This document shows positions 36,171 through 46,895 of a stretch of DNA of 64,000 nt, piece after piece. The stretch covers positions 128,001 to 192,000 of the forward strand of contig CAVPOC010000006.1 in assembly GCA_963706955.1 (NCBI GenBank), read 5' to 3'. Position 1 is the stretch's first letter. Every line of letters starts with the position of its first letter. The DNA comes from an uncultured Verrucomicrobiae bacterium (lineage in GTDB: Bacteria; Verrucomicrobiota; Verrucomicrobiia; Chthoniobacterales; Terrimicrobiaceae). Below the pieces are notes generated by a model. That model had not been told where the DNA came from. It made no database searches and was given only the letters and a program-made list of their open reading frames with translations. The position numbers and the translations under genes are program-made.

Positions 36171-38648
36171 ATGGTGCCTATCGAGCACATGCCTTTGCTT
36201 CACCATGCTTGGGAAACTTGCCAGACGCGAGTTTTTCTCGCCAAATCCAGAATTCCCTGTCGCACAGTCGCTTGGTTAGTCGGGATCATTTTCCTTTTTG
36301 CGATCAGCTGGGCTGCCGCTGAAAGCTCGCCGGAGCAGTCCCCTGCGGCGACGCCGAAGGCGAGTCCGGAGCCAACACCCCTACCGCTGGCAAACGTCCT
36401 TTCGGAGGCGCAATCAACCATGACCACTCTCGAGGAGGTCGATGCGAGTGTCTCGAGGGTTCTCTCCAGCACGGACGGCATCGTCACTCGGCTGTCGGAA
36501 CTCAATGGCGAGATCGACCCGAGATTGGCGGAAGACACGAAGCTCCTGACGACCAGTCCCTCCCTTGATATCCTGTATCGCGTCAAGCTTACGTGGGAGG
36601 ACTTTAGTCGCAATCTGTCCGTCCTGGCTCGAGAACTTACTCAGCAGGCCATGAGCCTGGAGCAAGAATTGGTCGATTTGGGCCGATTGGCCAAGATTTG
36701 GCAGAGCACGCTCGACGCTGCCAAACAGACTAACGCTCCGGTCGAGCCCCTGCAGACTGCCGTTAATTCGATCGAGCAGAGGCGCCAGGCGGTCGAGGCA
36801 AGCCGCGCACGTGTCCTGACTTTGCTGAGCCAGATTTCCGATGAGGAAACCCGCATACGAAGGACGCTCTCATCCATCGAGCAGTCACAAGTCCAGGCGT
36901 TGCGGGATCTTCTCGTTAGAGACAGCCCCCCGATCTGGAGGCTCAAGCCAGGATTAGGACGGGAGTGGCAGAATCGGAGCACACAGTCGTTTGCTTCTCA
37001 AGTGAAAGCTGCGACCGGGTTCGGCAAGCGACTTCCTTTTTCCTTTGTCATTCACGCCGCGCTTCTGGTGGTGATCGCTCTGCTTCTCCAAAAAGTGCGT
37101 TCCAGCGTGCGAAAGTTGGCAAAAGAGAAGCCAGAGCTCGAGCGGGCCGTACCGATCCTTGATCTGCCAATTTCCACCGCCTTTGTGCTCACCATCCTCG
37201 GCAGTCCGCTGATTTATCCGCAAGCCCCGCGTTTGATTCAGGCGCTCTTGGGTAGCCTTTCTCTGATTCCGACCATCGCCATTCTGCGACGACTTTTGGA
37301 CCGGAGCTTGTCGCCGATTCTGTACTGGATTGTGATCATGTACTTCGTTGATCAGCTCCGGATGCTCGTGGTCTCACTGCCGGAGCTAGCCAGGCTCTTG
37401 TTTCTCGCTCAAATGCTCGGCGGGTCCCTGTTCCTGTTGTGGCTGCTGAAAAGCCAGCTTCTCAAGGCGAGAATTGCCGAAGCCAGCGCTCGGTTCACGA
37501 AGGCGATTCGTGCCATGGCCATGATTGGGCTTGTCTTTCTGCCGGCGGCAGCGCTCGCCAATGTTCTTGGGTACGCGGATCTGGGCAACTTGATCGGGAT
37601 GATTTTCCTGAGAAGCGTTTACGTCGCGGCGCTGCTTTATACTGTCATACGGATCCTCGAGGGGCTCATCATAATCGCGCTTGAGATTCAGCCGCTTGCC
37701 TCCCTGCGCGTCGTCACCTTGCATCGTCACCTGCTCCAGCGACGCGCGTCTGGAGTCCTCGAAGTCCTGGCGGTGCTGTTTTGGCTGAATTTGATGCTCG
37801 GTTTTTTCGGCCTAACCACCCCTTTGATGACATGGTTACGAGCGGCTCTCACCGCAAGCGTGACGATCGGTTCGCTTAGTGTTTCGTTGGGCGGCATCCT
37901 CGCCTTTGTCATCGCAATCTGGGGATCTTTGCTCATCTCGCGCTTCGTCCGCTTTGTGTTGGAAGAAGATGTTTACAGCCATCTCGTGCTCGATCGTGGA
38001 ATTCCTTATGCCATCTCGACGATGCTCCACTATGTGATTCTGCTCGTCGGTTTTTTTGTGGCTTTGGGAGCTCTTGGGATCGACCTGACCAAGATTACTA
38101 TTCTCGCCGGAGCCTTCAGCGTGGGCATCGGTTTTGGATTGCAGAACGTCATCAACAACTTTGTCTCCGGTCTTATTCTCCTCTTTGAGCGCCCGATCAA
38201 GATTGGCGACATCATCGAAGTGAGTGGAAATATCGGAGAGGTTCGCCAGATTGGCATTCGCGCGAGCATTATTCGAACCAAGGATGGCTCGGAGGTCATC
38301 GTTCCGAATGGGCTGCTCATCTCGGGCCAGGTAACGAACTGGACGTTATCGGATCGAGGGCGGGCGGTTGAAGTCTCCGTCACAGTGGCCCCGACCGCCG
38401 ATCTGCAGCAGGTGGCCGATTTGCTCAAGAGCATTGCTGCCGATCATGCCGATGTGGCCAAAGATCCCCCGCCGCAGGCGCATGTAACCAGCATCACCGC
38501 AACCGCCGTTGCCTTTCAGCTTCGCATCTGGACGGAACGAAATGAGGCCTGGGCGCAGGTGCGCAGCGATCTTTCCGTCGCCATCAACCAGGCACTTGCC
38601 CGTGAGAAAATCTTGATGGCACCAGAAAGTCGCAACAAGACCTCCTAA
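36171..38648 (+). CDS. large MscS/MscK-like mechanosensitive channel
   Basis: Periplasmic helical N-terminus, many TM helices, GIGFGLQN..NNFVSG, ERPIKIGD, VPN..VTNW; start uncertain. Confidence 0.9.
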   Translation: MVPIEHMPLLHHAWETCQTRVFLAKSRIPCRTVAWLVGIIFLFAISWAAAESSPEQSPAATPKASPEPTPLPLANVLSEAQSTMTTLEEVDASVSRVLSSTDGIVTRLSELNGEIDPRLAEDTKLLTTSPSLDILYRVKLTWEDFSRNLSVLARELTQQAMSLEQELVDLGRLAKIWQSTLDAAKQTNAPVEPLQTAVNSIEQRRQAVEASRARVLTLLSQISDEETRIRRTLSSIEQSQVQALRDLLVRDSPPIWRLKPGLGREWQNRSTQSFASQVKAATGFGKRLPFSFVIHAALLVVIALLLQKVRSSVRKLAKEKPELERAVPILDLPISTAFVLTILGSPLIYPQAPRLIQALLGSLSLIPTIAILRRLLDRSLSPILYWIVIMYFVDQLRMLVVSLPELARLLFLAQMLGGSLFLLWLLKSQLLKARIAEASARFTKAIRAMAMIGLVFLPAAALANVLGYADLGNLIGMIFLRSVYVAALLYTVIRILEGLIIIALEIQPLASLRVVTLHRHLLQRRASGVLEVLAVLFWLNLMLGFFGLTTPLMTWLRAALTASVTIGSLSVSLGGILAFVIAIWGSLLISRFVRFVLEEDVYSHLVLDRGIPYAISTMLHYVILLVGFFVALGALGIDLTKITILAGAFSVGIGFGLQNVINNFVSGLILLFERPIKIGDIIEVSGNIGEVRQIGIRASIIRTKDGSEVIVPNGLLISGQVTNWTLSDRGRAVEVSVTVAPTADLQQVADLLKSIAADHADVAKDPPPQAHVTSITATAVAFQLRIWTERNEAWAQVRSDLSVAINQALAREKILMAPESRNKTS

Positions 38649-38839
38649 TCACCGAAGTCTTTGTGCAATGCCTCAGTGATGACACTCACATCCGGCCCGG
38701 TGACCAATTCCGGTCTGTCAATTCCCGTGAAAAGGACCTCGGCGACCTCCTTCCCGCCTTGCTCTTGAAGTTTAACGGCTGTGACGTGATCAAGGTTAAA
38801 ATAGGTATTGGACTCCTTGAGAAAAAGAAACCGTGCCAT
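38645..38839 (-). CDS. small hypothetical protein
   Basis: 64 aa with protein-like composition (YFNLDHVTAV), filling the gap and converging on mscS. Confidence 0.6.
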   Translation of the reverse strand: MARFLFLKESNTYFNLDHVTAVKLQEQGGKEVAEVLFTGIDRPELVTGPDVSVITEALHKDFGD

Positions 38840-38946
38840 TTCAGTTTTCTATTGTCCGCTCCTCAAACCGTCAAGCGAAGCGGGGAGTCATGCTCGTCCA
38901 GAGAGGCTATTGATCAAGCGCGCAGCCGTGATACTCTGGATGATCA

Positions 38947-39144
38947 ATGAAGGTTTCTGACCACAAGATTGTCACTGCTGCTAATTCGAAGAAAGTTGCC
39001 AACGCCGTGATGGCGTATCTGCGTGAGGGATGGGAGCTATTCGGCACTCCTTTTCCGGCGCCGGATGGCATTGGCCAGGCGGTCGTGAAACGAGACGCCT
39101 TTTCGCCCAGCAGCGAGGTTCCATCGACTCTGAAGCCGGAGTGA
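38947..39144 (+). CDS. small DUF1737-like protein
   Basis: V..YL.EGWELFGTP...QAVVK pattern. Confidence 0.6.
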   Translation: MKVSDHKIVTAANSKKVANAVMAYLREGWELFGTPFPAPDGIGQAVVKRDAFSPSSEVPSTLKPE

Positions 39145-40257
39145 AGAGATTGGCGTGTGGCCGACCAGAGAAGCAGTCGTGAGATTGCCTGGGTAATTGC
39201 TTGAGCTCGCGAGAGAGCGGATTAACTTTTCCGACCATTTCGCCACCTACGGGGCGTCCGACAGGTCTGCAATGGTACCTAAGCTTGAGAGTCAAGAAGC
39301 GCTTCAAAGATGATCGAACGATTTGATCAAGCGAGCATGCATCTGAGTTATCCGCAGCCAACGCCAGATAGACAATAAAATCGGGCTCTCAATCAAAAAT
39401 TGGGGACATGGGGTCACTAAAGGACCACCATGCCCCTGTGTGTGATAATGGACTAAGAGGCTAGCGCGTTTTGCGGAGCGAAAGCAACAGGCAAGTGTTC
39501 GTGCACTCGGAACTAGAGAGGAACCGGATTGCTGTCGGTTCTGCGCCAGCCGCCGCACCGAATCTTCGGCGCTGGTGGGCTAATTTCTGTCAAGCCTCTG
39601 CTTCTTGGGAGCAATGAGGACTGCTGTAAATATAACCTTTAGTCGTCGGCTATTTATTGAGCGTCGACGTGTACCCCGTCCACATTTTCGATATCCGCGA
39701 GGCCAAGATCGCCAGGGAAATAGCGTTCGAGAAGTGGAAGGTGGTAGCGGAGATCCCTTTGCTTCGCCCGGATTTGGTGACAGCCACATCTAGCTAAGTT
39801 GGTCCATTTTTTTGGTAAGAAAGATAAATGCCGTTCGGCCTGATTTCGGTTCAGACTTAGAGCACTATGTAATCACGGCCTGTGGGACATAACTGTGCCG
39901 TCGCAGGGCGTTTGGACGTCAGGGCCGCCGCGGGGAGGAGGGCGGGAGGTGCGTAAATATCACCTCGGGTAAGTAGAAAGTATTTCGGCAAAGACCTTTA
40001 GCTCGAGAGGAAACTCGTCTCTGGCTTGGCGAGATCAAGTTGAGGCTGCTCAGCTTATCGGGCAGTTGCCTACCGAGCTTCGAGAACGCAGAGCAGACTG
40101 AAAAGGGCGGCATTCGCCGGTCATTAGGTTCCGTTGCCGTTTATTGCGGCCAGAGTCTCACTTGTCACTATTTCATTGACTGTTCCGGCAAAACGCTATT
40201 ACTTGCAGTGTCGGTTTGATAGAAATCGACAATAACTCACTCGCGTGAGGAGGGCTT

Positions 40258-41571
40258 ATGCCTTCTGCTTCTAATTGCAATTATCGTCTCGGCGCTAAGC
40301 GCCTGACGATAAAATTAGTTGGGATTAACGCTCTGATGGCAGCAGCGCTGCTGACCATCACTGTTGTTGGGAGAGCTTCGGTTGACGAAGTTGCGCGGTG
40401 GAATCAAGTCGCCACCGATGCCACCGTAGCAGCCAAAATCAACCCGCTCGCGGAAAGTCGCATCTTTGCGATCCTCCACGTGGCGATTCACGACGCAGTA
40501 AATGCCGTAGAGCCTCGTTATGAGCCATATCAGCCGAAGACATCTCCACCCCCGGCCGGCGCCTCGGTCGAGGCAGCCATCGCCGGCGCCGCGCACGCTA
40601 CGCTTGTCGCTTTGCTTCCGGACTCGCAAGCAACCTTTGACGCGGCCTTGCAGGAAACGCCTCGTGCCATCACCGACGATTCGAGAGCGGCAGGTCTGGA
40701 GGTCGGACGAACTGCTGCCGCGGCGATTCTCACGGCACGGCAAAACGACGGTGAGAATCGAACTGTGGAATACACTCCGGGAACGAAGGCCGGCGACTAC
40801 TGTCCGACTCCGCCGGACTTTAAACCCGCAGCCTTGGTGCAGTGGGGGAGCGTGACGCCGTTTGTGCTGAAGTCAGCCGATCAGTTCCGCTGTCCCGATC
40901 CGCCGGCGGTGAACAGTCCGCGTGCTTTTGCGGACCTTGAGGAAGTCAAGGCGATCGGCGGAAGCAAGAGTGCCACGCGGACTGCCGAACAAAGCGAGAT
41001 CGCCCGTTATTGGTATGAGAGTTCACCCCAGGGTTGGAACCGCATCGCGCGCGAGGTGTTGGCTGCACGGCAATTCGACGTATGGGAGAGCGCCCGACTC
41101 TTTGCACTGTTGAATCTAGCGATGGCCGACGGCTACATCGCCGGTTTCGATAGCAAATACCATTGCAACTACTGGCGCCCGGCCACTGCCATCCGGGCAG
41201 GCGGCGACAGCGAATGGCTGAGCTATCTTCCGACCCCGCCGGTACCGGATTACCCCTCAACCCATACGGTGGAAGGGGCTGCTGCGGCTACGGTGATGGC
41301 CCGGTTCTTTAACACAGACTTCATCAGTTTCTCGATGACCAGCGGGGCCCCCTATCCGGGCATCACCCGCAAATTCTGGAGCTTCTCGGAAGCAGCGCGA
41401 GAAAATGGTGCCTCCCGTATCCTTTGCGGAATTCACTTCTCGACCGCAGTGAACGCCGGCTATGTCCAGGGCGAACGCATTGGGGAATGGGCTTTCGAAA
41501 ACGCATTGCGGCCCGAAAAGGCTCAGCAGGCAATCGCGGCCTCTCCCGTTTCGGAAAAGCGGGATCACTGA
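40258..41571 (+). CDS. vanadium-dependent haloperoxidase / PAP2 superfamily protein, probably exported
   Basis: HDAVNA, KYHCNYWRP, DYPSTH, SRILCGIHF; hydrophobic N-terminus; GAGGAGG RBS. Confidence 0.85.
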   Translation: MPSASNCNYRLGAKRLTIKLVGINALMAAALLTITVVGRASVDEVARWNQVATDATVAAKINPLAESRIFAILHVAIHDAVNAVEPRYEPYQPKTSPPPAGASVEAAIAGAAHATLVALLPDSQATFDAALQETPRAITDDSRAAGLEVGRTAAAAILTARQNDGENRTVEYTPGTKAGDYCPTPPDFKPAALVQWGSVTPFVLKSADQFRCPDPPAVNSPRAFADLEEVKAIGGSKSATRTAEQSEIARYWYESSPQGWNRIAREVLAARQFDVWESARLFALLNLAMADGYIAGFDSKYHCNYWRPATAIRAGGDSEWLSYLPTPPVPDYPSTHTVEGAAAATVMARFFNTDFISFSMTSGAPYPGITRKFWSFSEAARENGASRILCGIHFSTAVNAGYVQGERIGEWAFENALRPEKAQQAIAASPVSEKRDH

Positions 41572-41619
41572 AGCTGCGGAGCATCAGGACATTGGCCAGT
41601 CACTCTCGGACGGCCGGTA

Positions 41620-42045
41620 AATCTGGCACTGAGTTCCGCAGAAATGGGAACTTGGGATTGGGACCTGCCAACTGGTGTGTTTTGGTGGGACGAGAGGATG
41701 CATGCCCTTTTCGGGCTGGCTCCAGGCGCATTCAAGGAGAGCTACGAGGACTTCCTTGGTTTGATCCATGAAGAGGATCGCGAGAGGATTCGCGCGTGCG
41801 ATTGCGGAACGCGCCGCCGTGGATACCGAATTTCAGCTTGCCTGGCCGTCGCACGGAAGCATGTGATGAGTCACGGGTACACTGAGACGACGATACGGAG
41901 ATCTCGCGAATCGTCGGAGTAGCCTGGGACATCGCGGAGCGTCGCCAAACCGAGCTAACTTTGGACAAAGAGCGCAGTTTGCTGGCTACGTTGATGGATA
42001 CCCTGCCATACACGTTCTATTTTAAGGACTAAGAAAGCCGGGTTC
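41620..42045 (+). pseudogene. PAS/PAC sensor gene remnant
   Basis: MGTWDWD..WWDERMHALFG..IHEEDR, then in another frame IVGVAWDIAERRQTE..LMDTLP..YFKD followed by a stop; several breaks and in-frame stops. Confidence 0.75.
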
Positions 42046-42226
42046 GCAGCGGAAACTTTCCGCGGCGTCAGCCATTTGGCCAGGCACAGCTGAAGGTCAA
42101 AGAAGAGGCCAAGGCGTCGGAGTAGCCAAGTCCAGGGCTAGGACTGGATCAGATAGGAACCGTCTCTACGGTAACTGGCACCCTTGCGGCTTTTGACGCT
42201 CTCCGTGCTTGGTCTTAAACTGAGCT

Positions 42227-43288
42227 GTGACGATTCCGACCGAACCTATCGGAAGTATTCCGCGTCCCTTCAAATTGCTTCATGCCATCAAACGATATGG
42301 CGGCTTGCATCCTCGTTTAGAATCGCTTTACGAGGAAGCCATCCGGGACACGATCGAACAGTTTGAGGCAACGGGGTCGCCGGTTATTACCGACGGGGAG
42401 CAACGAAAGTATCACAACTTCGCGACTTACTGCATAGAGGGGCTGCCGAATACCGCGCCAGATGGGTTCGAATTGCCATTCGCCGATGGACATTCTCGTC
42501 GTTGGCGGCGTCTCACAGCTGGTCCATTCCGCTATATGATGCATGGTTACGATTTCCTTGATCGGGCGATGAAGTATGCGCATGTCCCAGTCAAACAAGC
42601 CATCATTTCACCCTCGGCCTTAAGTCTGATGTATCCCACGGAGAATCTTCCCGACTACTCTCGGGAGGAATTTATCGCGGACTTGCTGGGCGAGCATGAA
42701 CGGGAGATTCGCGGGTGCCTCGCTAAAGGAGCCCATAATGTCCAGATCGATTTCACCGAGGGTCGTCTGGCGATAAAGCTTGATCCTTCCGGATGGCTAT
42801 TGAACGGCTTCATCGAGCTGATCAATATCGCGCTAAGCCGTTTTTCCAAGCAGGAGTGTAGGCGTATTGGAGTTCACACCTGCCCAGGATCGGACAGGGA
42901 TTCGACCCATAGCGCGGATGTGGACTATGCCGAACTACTGCCACGCTTGTTCGAGCTGGAGGTTGGAAATTTTTACATCGCGCTAGCTGCCGAACCGGAT
43001 CGCATCCGCGTGCTGAGGATCATCAGGAAATGCCTCAGACCTGGAAGGCGGGTCTTCATCGGTGTGGTCTCGCCCATCGATCCGCGAGTGGAAAGTCCCA
43101 AAGAAATACGAGACCGTATTCTGGAGGCAGCGCGATATATTCCGGTCGAACAACTCGGAACCACCGACGACTGCGGTTTCTCACCATTTTGCGATGACAC
43201 TTCGACCACGCGCGGAAAGGCGTTTGCGAAGATTCGCTCGCGTGTGGAGGGGACGACCTTGGCCGAAGAAATAATTAAAGGAAAATAA
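42227..43288 (+). CDS. cobalamin-independent methionine synthase II family (MetE C-terminal-like) protein
   Basis: PTEPIGSIPRP, TDGEQ, QIDFTE, HTCPG, DDCGFSPF. Confidence 0.88.
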   Translation: MTIPTEPIGSIPRPFKLLHAIKRYGGLHPRLESLYEEAIRDTIEQFEATGSPVITDGEQRKYHNFATYCIEGLPNTAPDGFELPFADGHSRRWRRLTAGPFRYMMHGYDFLDRAMKYAHVPVKQAIISPSALSLMYPTENLPDYSREEFIADLLGEHEREIRGCLAKGAHNVQIDFTEGRLAIKLDPSGWLLNGFIELINIALSRFSKQECRRIGVHTCPGSDRDSTHSADVDYAELLPRLFELEVGNFYIALAAEPDRIRVLRIIRKCLRPGRRVFIGVVSPIDPRVESPKEIRDRILEAARYIPVEQLGTTDDCGFSPFCDDTSTTRGKAFAKIRSRVEGTTLAEEIIKGK

Positions 43289-43898
43289 ATAAGATAAAAT
43301 CTGAAGGCGAACTCGAAAGGATCCGTTTAACTTTTCGCGACGAAGTTTTCTTTACATTTGAATTTTGCGCCCCTTGCTCGCATTCTTCGGAAGCCATGGG
43401 CGGTAACTCGTCGACAAAAACGCTCTTCTCCGACTCAGCTGAGAAATGCGCCGTCACCTAATTCGAATGAAGGGCACAGGGGCCGGCGAAATCGGTCCTG
43501 ATGAGGAGGGTTGCTTTGGTGGTCTTTTCTACTCGAAGAGTCGGATTTCCGTATTTCAAAGCGCACGCTGAAACGAAAGACCTTCTTTTCCTCTGAGTAA
43601 ATCTATCCGGTCTGCAGATCAACACGCAGTGGCACGCCAATCCGCGTTACGTCCGCTGTTACATGAAAGCCGCGCTCGGTAAACATGTCGATCGGCATCG
43701 CCAAGGCGACCGAGTCATCGAACAGCCGGTCTTCAGAGTTGATGTCGGCGATCCTTGAGACCGCGTGGAGAACCATAATGGGCATCATCTAGCCTTATGA
43801 ACTCGATCACCCGCTCGAAGATTTCTGGCTTCTCCACCTCGTAGCCGTCCAACCTGTGCACGACGGATAGCTTAACAACACGACATTGTGTGATAAAA

Positions 43899-43986
43899 CG
43901 GTGAGGGAGGGATTCGAACCCTCGGAGCCCTTTTGGAGCTCGGAGCTTTAGCAAAGCTCTGCTTTCGACCACTCAGCCACCTCACC
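43899..43986 (-). tRNA. tRNA-Ser (anticodon GCT)
   Basis: GGTGAGGTGGCTGAGTGGTCGAAAGC, anticodon arm GAGCT-TTGCTAA-AGCTC, long variable arm, GGTTCGAATCCC, acceptor CCTCACC-G; CCA not encoded. Confidence 0.96.
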
Positions 43987-44083
43987 ATTTGAAGCCCAGG
44001 AGCCGAAATATTCGGGGATTTCAGGGAAACGTCAAACGCCGAATGGCCAGCGGATCAGAGTCCTTTCTAAGAACTGGCTTTCC

Positions 44084-44106
44084 GGCAGAGACGCCTCTGC
44101 CTACAA
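44084..44106 (-). repeat. single GTAG-type REP-like palindrome
   Basis: Minus strand ttGTAGGCAGAG-gcgt-CTCTGCC. Confidence 0.4.
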
Positions 44107-44116
44107 GGTAGCGCGG

Positions 44117-44965
44117 ATGAGGACCGTTCGAGTTAGAGTGCCTGCGACGACTGCCAACATCGGCCCGGGTTTCGACTGTCTGGGGATTGCTCTCCAGATC
44201 TACAACTGGATTACTGTCAGTCGTGACTCCTCGAAGGATGCAAACCCAATGGCCGAGGCCGCCTGTGCGGCATTTTTCAGGCGAACCGGGCAACGACCGT
44301 TTTCGATTCGATGCGATATTTCCGGCGATGTGCCGCGTGCGCGAGGGCTCGGAAGCAGTGTGACGGTGCGCTTGGGCGTGCTGCATGGCTTGAATCAGCT
44401 CTCAGGCTCGCCGCTAAACCGCGAGGAGATTTTCAAGCTCTGCGCAGAACTCGAAGGTCATCCCGACAATAGCGCGCCCGCCGAGTTCGGAGGCTTTACG
44501 ATTGCGCGGCCGGATGGCACGCTGCAACGCTACCGTGTCGATCGAAAGCTCGAGTTTGCCTTGCTGATTCCGGACTTTGAGGTCTCGACCGCGGATGCTC
44601 GCAGCGTTCTTCCAAAGATGGTGCCACTAAGGGAGGCGGTCATTTCCCTTTCGAATGCATGCGCAATCGCTGGAGCGTTTGCCAGCCGGGAGTATGAAAA
44701 ACTTGTTGGATGCTTTGATGACCGACTGCACCAGCCGTTTCGTCAAAAATTGGTTCCCTTTTTGGCACCGGTGATCGAAGCAGCCAGCAGGGCTGGCGCT
44801 CTCGGCGGTTGGCTCAGCGGTTCGGGATCCACCGTGACGTGCATTGGTCTCGGCGCCTCCGGCCGTATTGCGGATGCGATGCTTGCCGCCTGCAAGATTC
44901 AAGGCGCTCGTGTCGTCACAACTCATGCTGATAACGCCGGGGTGCGGACCTCGATTCGGGAGTGA
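44117..44965 (+). CDS. thrB: homoserine kinase
   Basis: PATTANIGPGFD, PRARGLGSS, EGHPDN, LSGSGS. Confidence 0.94.
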   Translation: MRTVRVRVPATTANIGPGFDCLGIALQIYNWITVSRDSSKDANPMAEAACAAFFRRTGQRPFSIRCDISGDVPRARGLGSSVTVRLGVLHGLNQLSGSPLNREEIFKLCAELEGHPDNSAPAEFGGFTIARPDGTLQRYRVDRKLEFALLIPDFEVSTADARSVLPKMVPLREAVISLSNACAIAGAFASREYEKLVGCFDDRLHQPFRQKLVPFLAPVIEAASRAGALGGWLSGSGSTVTCIGLGASGRIADAMLAACKIQGARVVTTHADNAGVRTSIRE

Positions 44966-44968
44966 TCT

Positions 44969-46156
44969 ATGCGGCGGTGGCTGGAAGGTCTCGAGACGTT
45001 CGCGATCGACGTCATCCTGGAACGGCGGTATGGCCGGCGCGCCGACGTTCTCCGCTGGATCCTGCATGGGCTGGCCGCAATCTATCGCGTCATCGTGCAA
45101 ATCCGGCTGGCACTCTACCGGAATCGCTATCTGCGTCCCCGCTCGCTTGGCTGTGTGGTCATTAGTGTTGGAAATCTCACCGTCGGTGGCACTGGCAAGA
45201 CGCCGGTTGTCGAGATGCTTGCCCGTGCATTACAAGCAGGTGGCCGACGCGTCGCGATTCTCAGCCGGGGATACAAGAGTGTTCCGCGCCCGCTGCTCTT
45301 GAGGGTATGGGAGGCAATCTTTCATAAAAAGGCCGTCTTTGCACCGCGGGTCGTCTCGGATGGAAATTCTCTGCTCTTGGACTCCCGAACCTCCGGCGAC
45401 GAACCCTTCATGCTGGCCAATAACTTGCGCGGCGTTGTCGTGCTCGTGGACCCCGACCGCGTGACCAGTGGACAGTACGCCATCGACAGCTTTGGCGCCG
45501 ATACGCTGCTGCTTGACGACGGCCTCCAATACGTTCGGATGCGGCATGGCATCGAAATCGTGCTCATTGACAGTCAGGCACTCTTTGGAAATGAGTATCT
45601 TCTTCCCCGCGGCACCTTACGCGAGCCACCGCAAAATCTGCGCCGGGCCACCCATATCTTTCTCACAAAATGCACCGACCGGAATAATGGTGCCTCCATC
45701 GCGCGAATTCGGCAGTACAACCGGACGGCGGATATCATTGAATGTGCCCATCGCCCGCGCCACCTACGCAATCTGGTCACCGGCGAGATCAAATCCCTCG
45801 AGTTCTTGCGCGATCTGGAAATTGGATCCATTTGCGGGATTGCCATTCCTGAAAGTTTCGAGAGTGCGTTAAATGACTTGGGGGCCAAAGTCACCGTCTC
45901 AAAGTTCTACACCGACCATCACCGATACAGCATTCGAGAGATCGAAAACTTCATCCGGCGATGCGGCCGACGGGGCTTGGCAGCCATCATCACGACCGAA
46001 AAGGACGCCGTGCGCATTCCACGAATTCTTGAGCCTGAGGTTCCCATTTATTATCTCCGAGTAGAAATCGAGATTCTCGGCGGCCAGGAAACGTGGGTCC
46101 GGTTTGTCGAGAGGCTGACGACAAAGCAGCAGCTGGTGGCGCCGCTCCGCTTATAG
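44969..46156 (+). CDS. lpxK: tetraacyldisaccharide 4'-kinase
   Basis: [36 protein letters not shown]. Confidence 0.93.
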   Translation: MRRWLEGLETFAIDVILERRYGRRADVLRWILHGLAAIYRVIVQIRLALYRNRYLRPRSLGCVVISVGNLTVGGTGKTPVVEMLARALQAGGRRVAILSRGYKSVPRPLLLRVWEAIFHKKAVFAPRVVSDGNSLLLDSRTSGDEPFMLANNLRGVVVLVDPDRVTSGQYAIDSFGADTLLLDDGLQYVRMRHGIEIVLIDSQALFGNEYLLPRGTLREPPQNLRRATHIFLTKCTDRNNGASIARIRQYNRTADIIECAHRPRHLRNLVTGEIKSLEFLRDLEIGSICGIAIPESFESALNDLGAKVTVSKFYTDHHRYSIREIENFIRRCGRRGLAAIITTEKDAVRIPRILEPEVPIYYLRVEIEILGGQETWVRFVERLTTKQQLVAPLRL

Positions 46157-46168
46157 CGCGAGAAAACT

Positions 46169-46870
46169 CTAAGAAGTCGCCCCAGACTTGCCGAGGACCT
46201 CAAGGTACGTTCGGTTAAGGATTTTGTTGGACTCCGGATCAAGTGTCTCCACTCGCATCTGTTTGAGCATCCATTGGCCGTCGATCTTTTGGGCAGAGAT
46301 GACTTCGAATCGACGAAGAAGCTTTCCCTCTCGATTGTAGCCCTCGATTCGAAGAAGAGCACCGCTCTCTTGATCGATCCAGAGACGGGCCACTCCATAT
46401 TGAGATGAAGTTCTCCAAGCTTGCAGTTCAATCTTCCACGCCTTCCGCGAACGAATCGTGTCCTCACCCAGAAGTTTTGGCCGTTTCCAATAGAGAAATC
46501 TCAGGAAAAGATCTTCATAAGTGATGCCGGTGCCGCGCACAGAATCGTCATAGCGAGCAGGCTTCACTGGTGCCGTCTTGCCGCCAACACGCTCGGAGAG
46601 GGACGAGGAATCTTCGCGTAGTTCAAGAATGAGCTCCTGGTCTGGATTCTGGAAGCGGTAGCGGATCGCTTCATCGACGATGATCTCGAACGGCATGTTG
46701 ATCGAACCTGTCCGCAACTGCGCTTCCAGGGAAATCTTCTGACCGACCGGATTTAGCCGCGCTGCGCGCAGGATGGCCTCAGCATCGGGTTCGCCACGGC
46801 AAACTGTCACGAACGAGAAGGCAGCGAACATCGCAAGTGGCTTGCGAAATCGTCCGGAACGGAAAATCAT
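46169..46870 (-). CDS. outer-membrane lipoprotein-sorting (LolA-like) protein
   Basis: Signal peptide-like N-terminus, GTGITYEDL, LWID, KIDGQW. Confidence 0.65.
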   Translation of the reverse strand: MIFRSGRFRKPLAMFAAFSFVTVCRGEPDAEAILRAARLNPVGQKISLEAQLRTGSINMPFEIIVDEAIRYRFQNPDQELILELREDSSSLSERVGGKTAPVKPARYDDSVRGTGITYEDLFLRFLYWKRPKLLGEDTIRSRKAWKIELQAWRTSSQYGVARLWIDQESGALLRIEGYNREGKLLRRFEVISAQKIDGQWMLKQMRVETLDPESNKILNRTYLEVLGKSGATS

Positions 46871-46895
46871 CTCGGAAGGCTAACTGTGGCCTTGC

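Noticed and set aside
39401..39436. Hairpin GGGGACATGG..CCATGCCCC in the island gap
   Set aside because: Single isolated hairpin with no U tract or associated gene.
43603..43860. Short minus-strand ORF fragments next to tRNA-Ser
   Set aside because: Possibly a gene remnant, but no family or integrase motif is recognisable.
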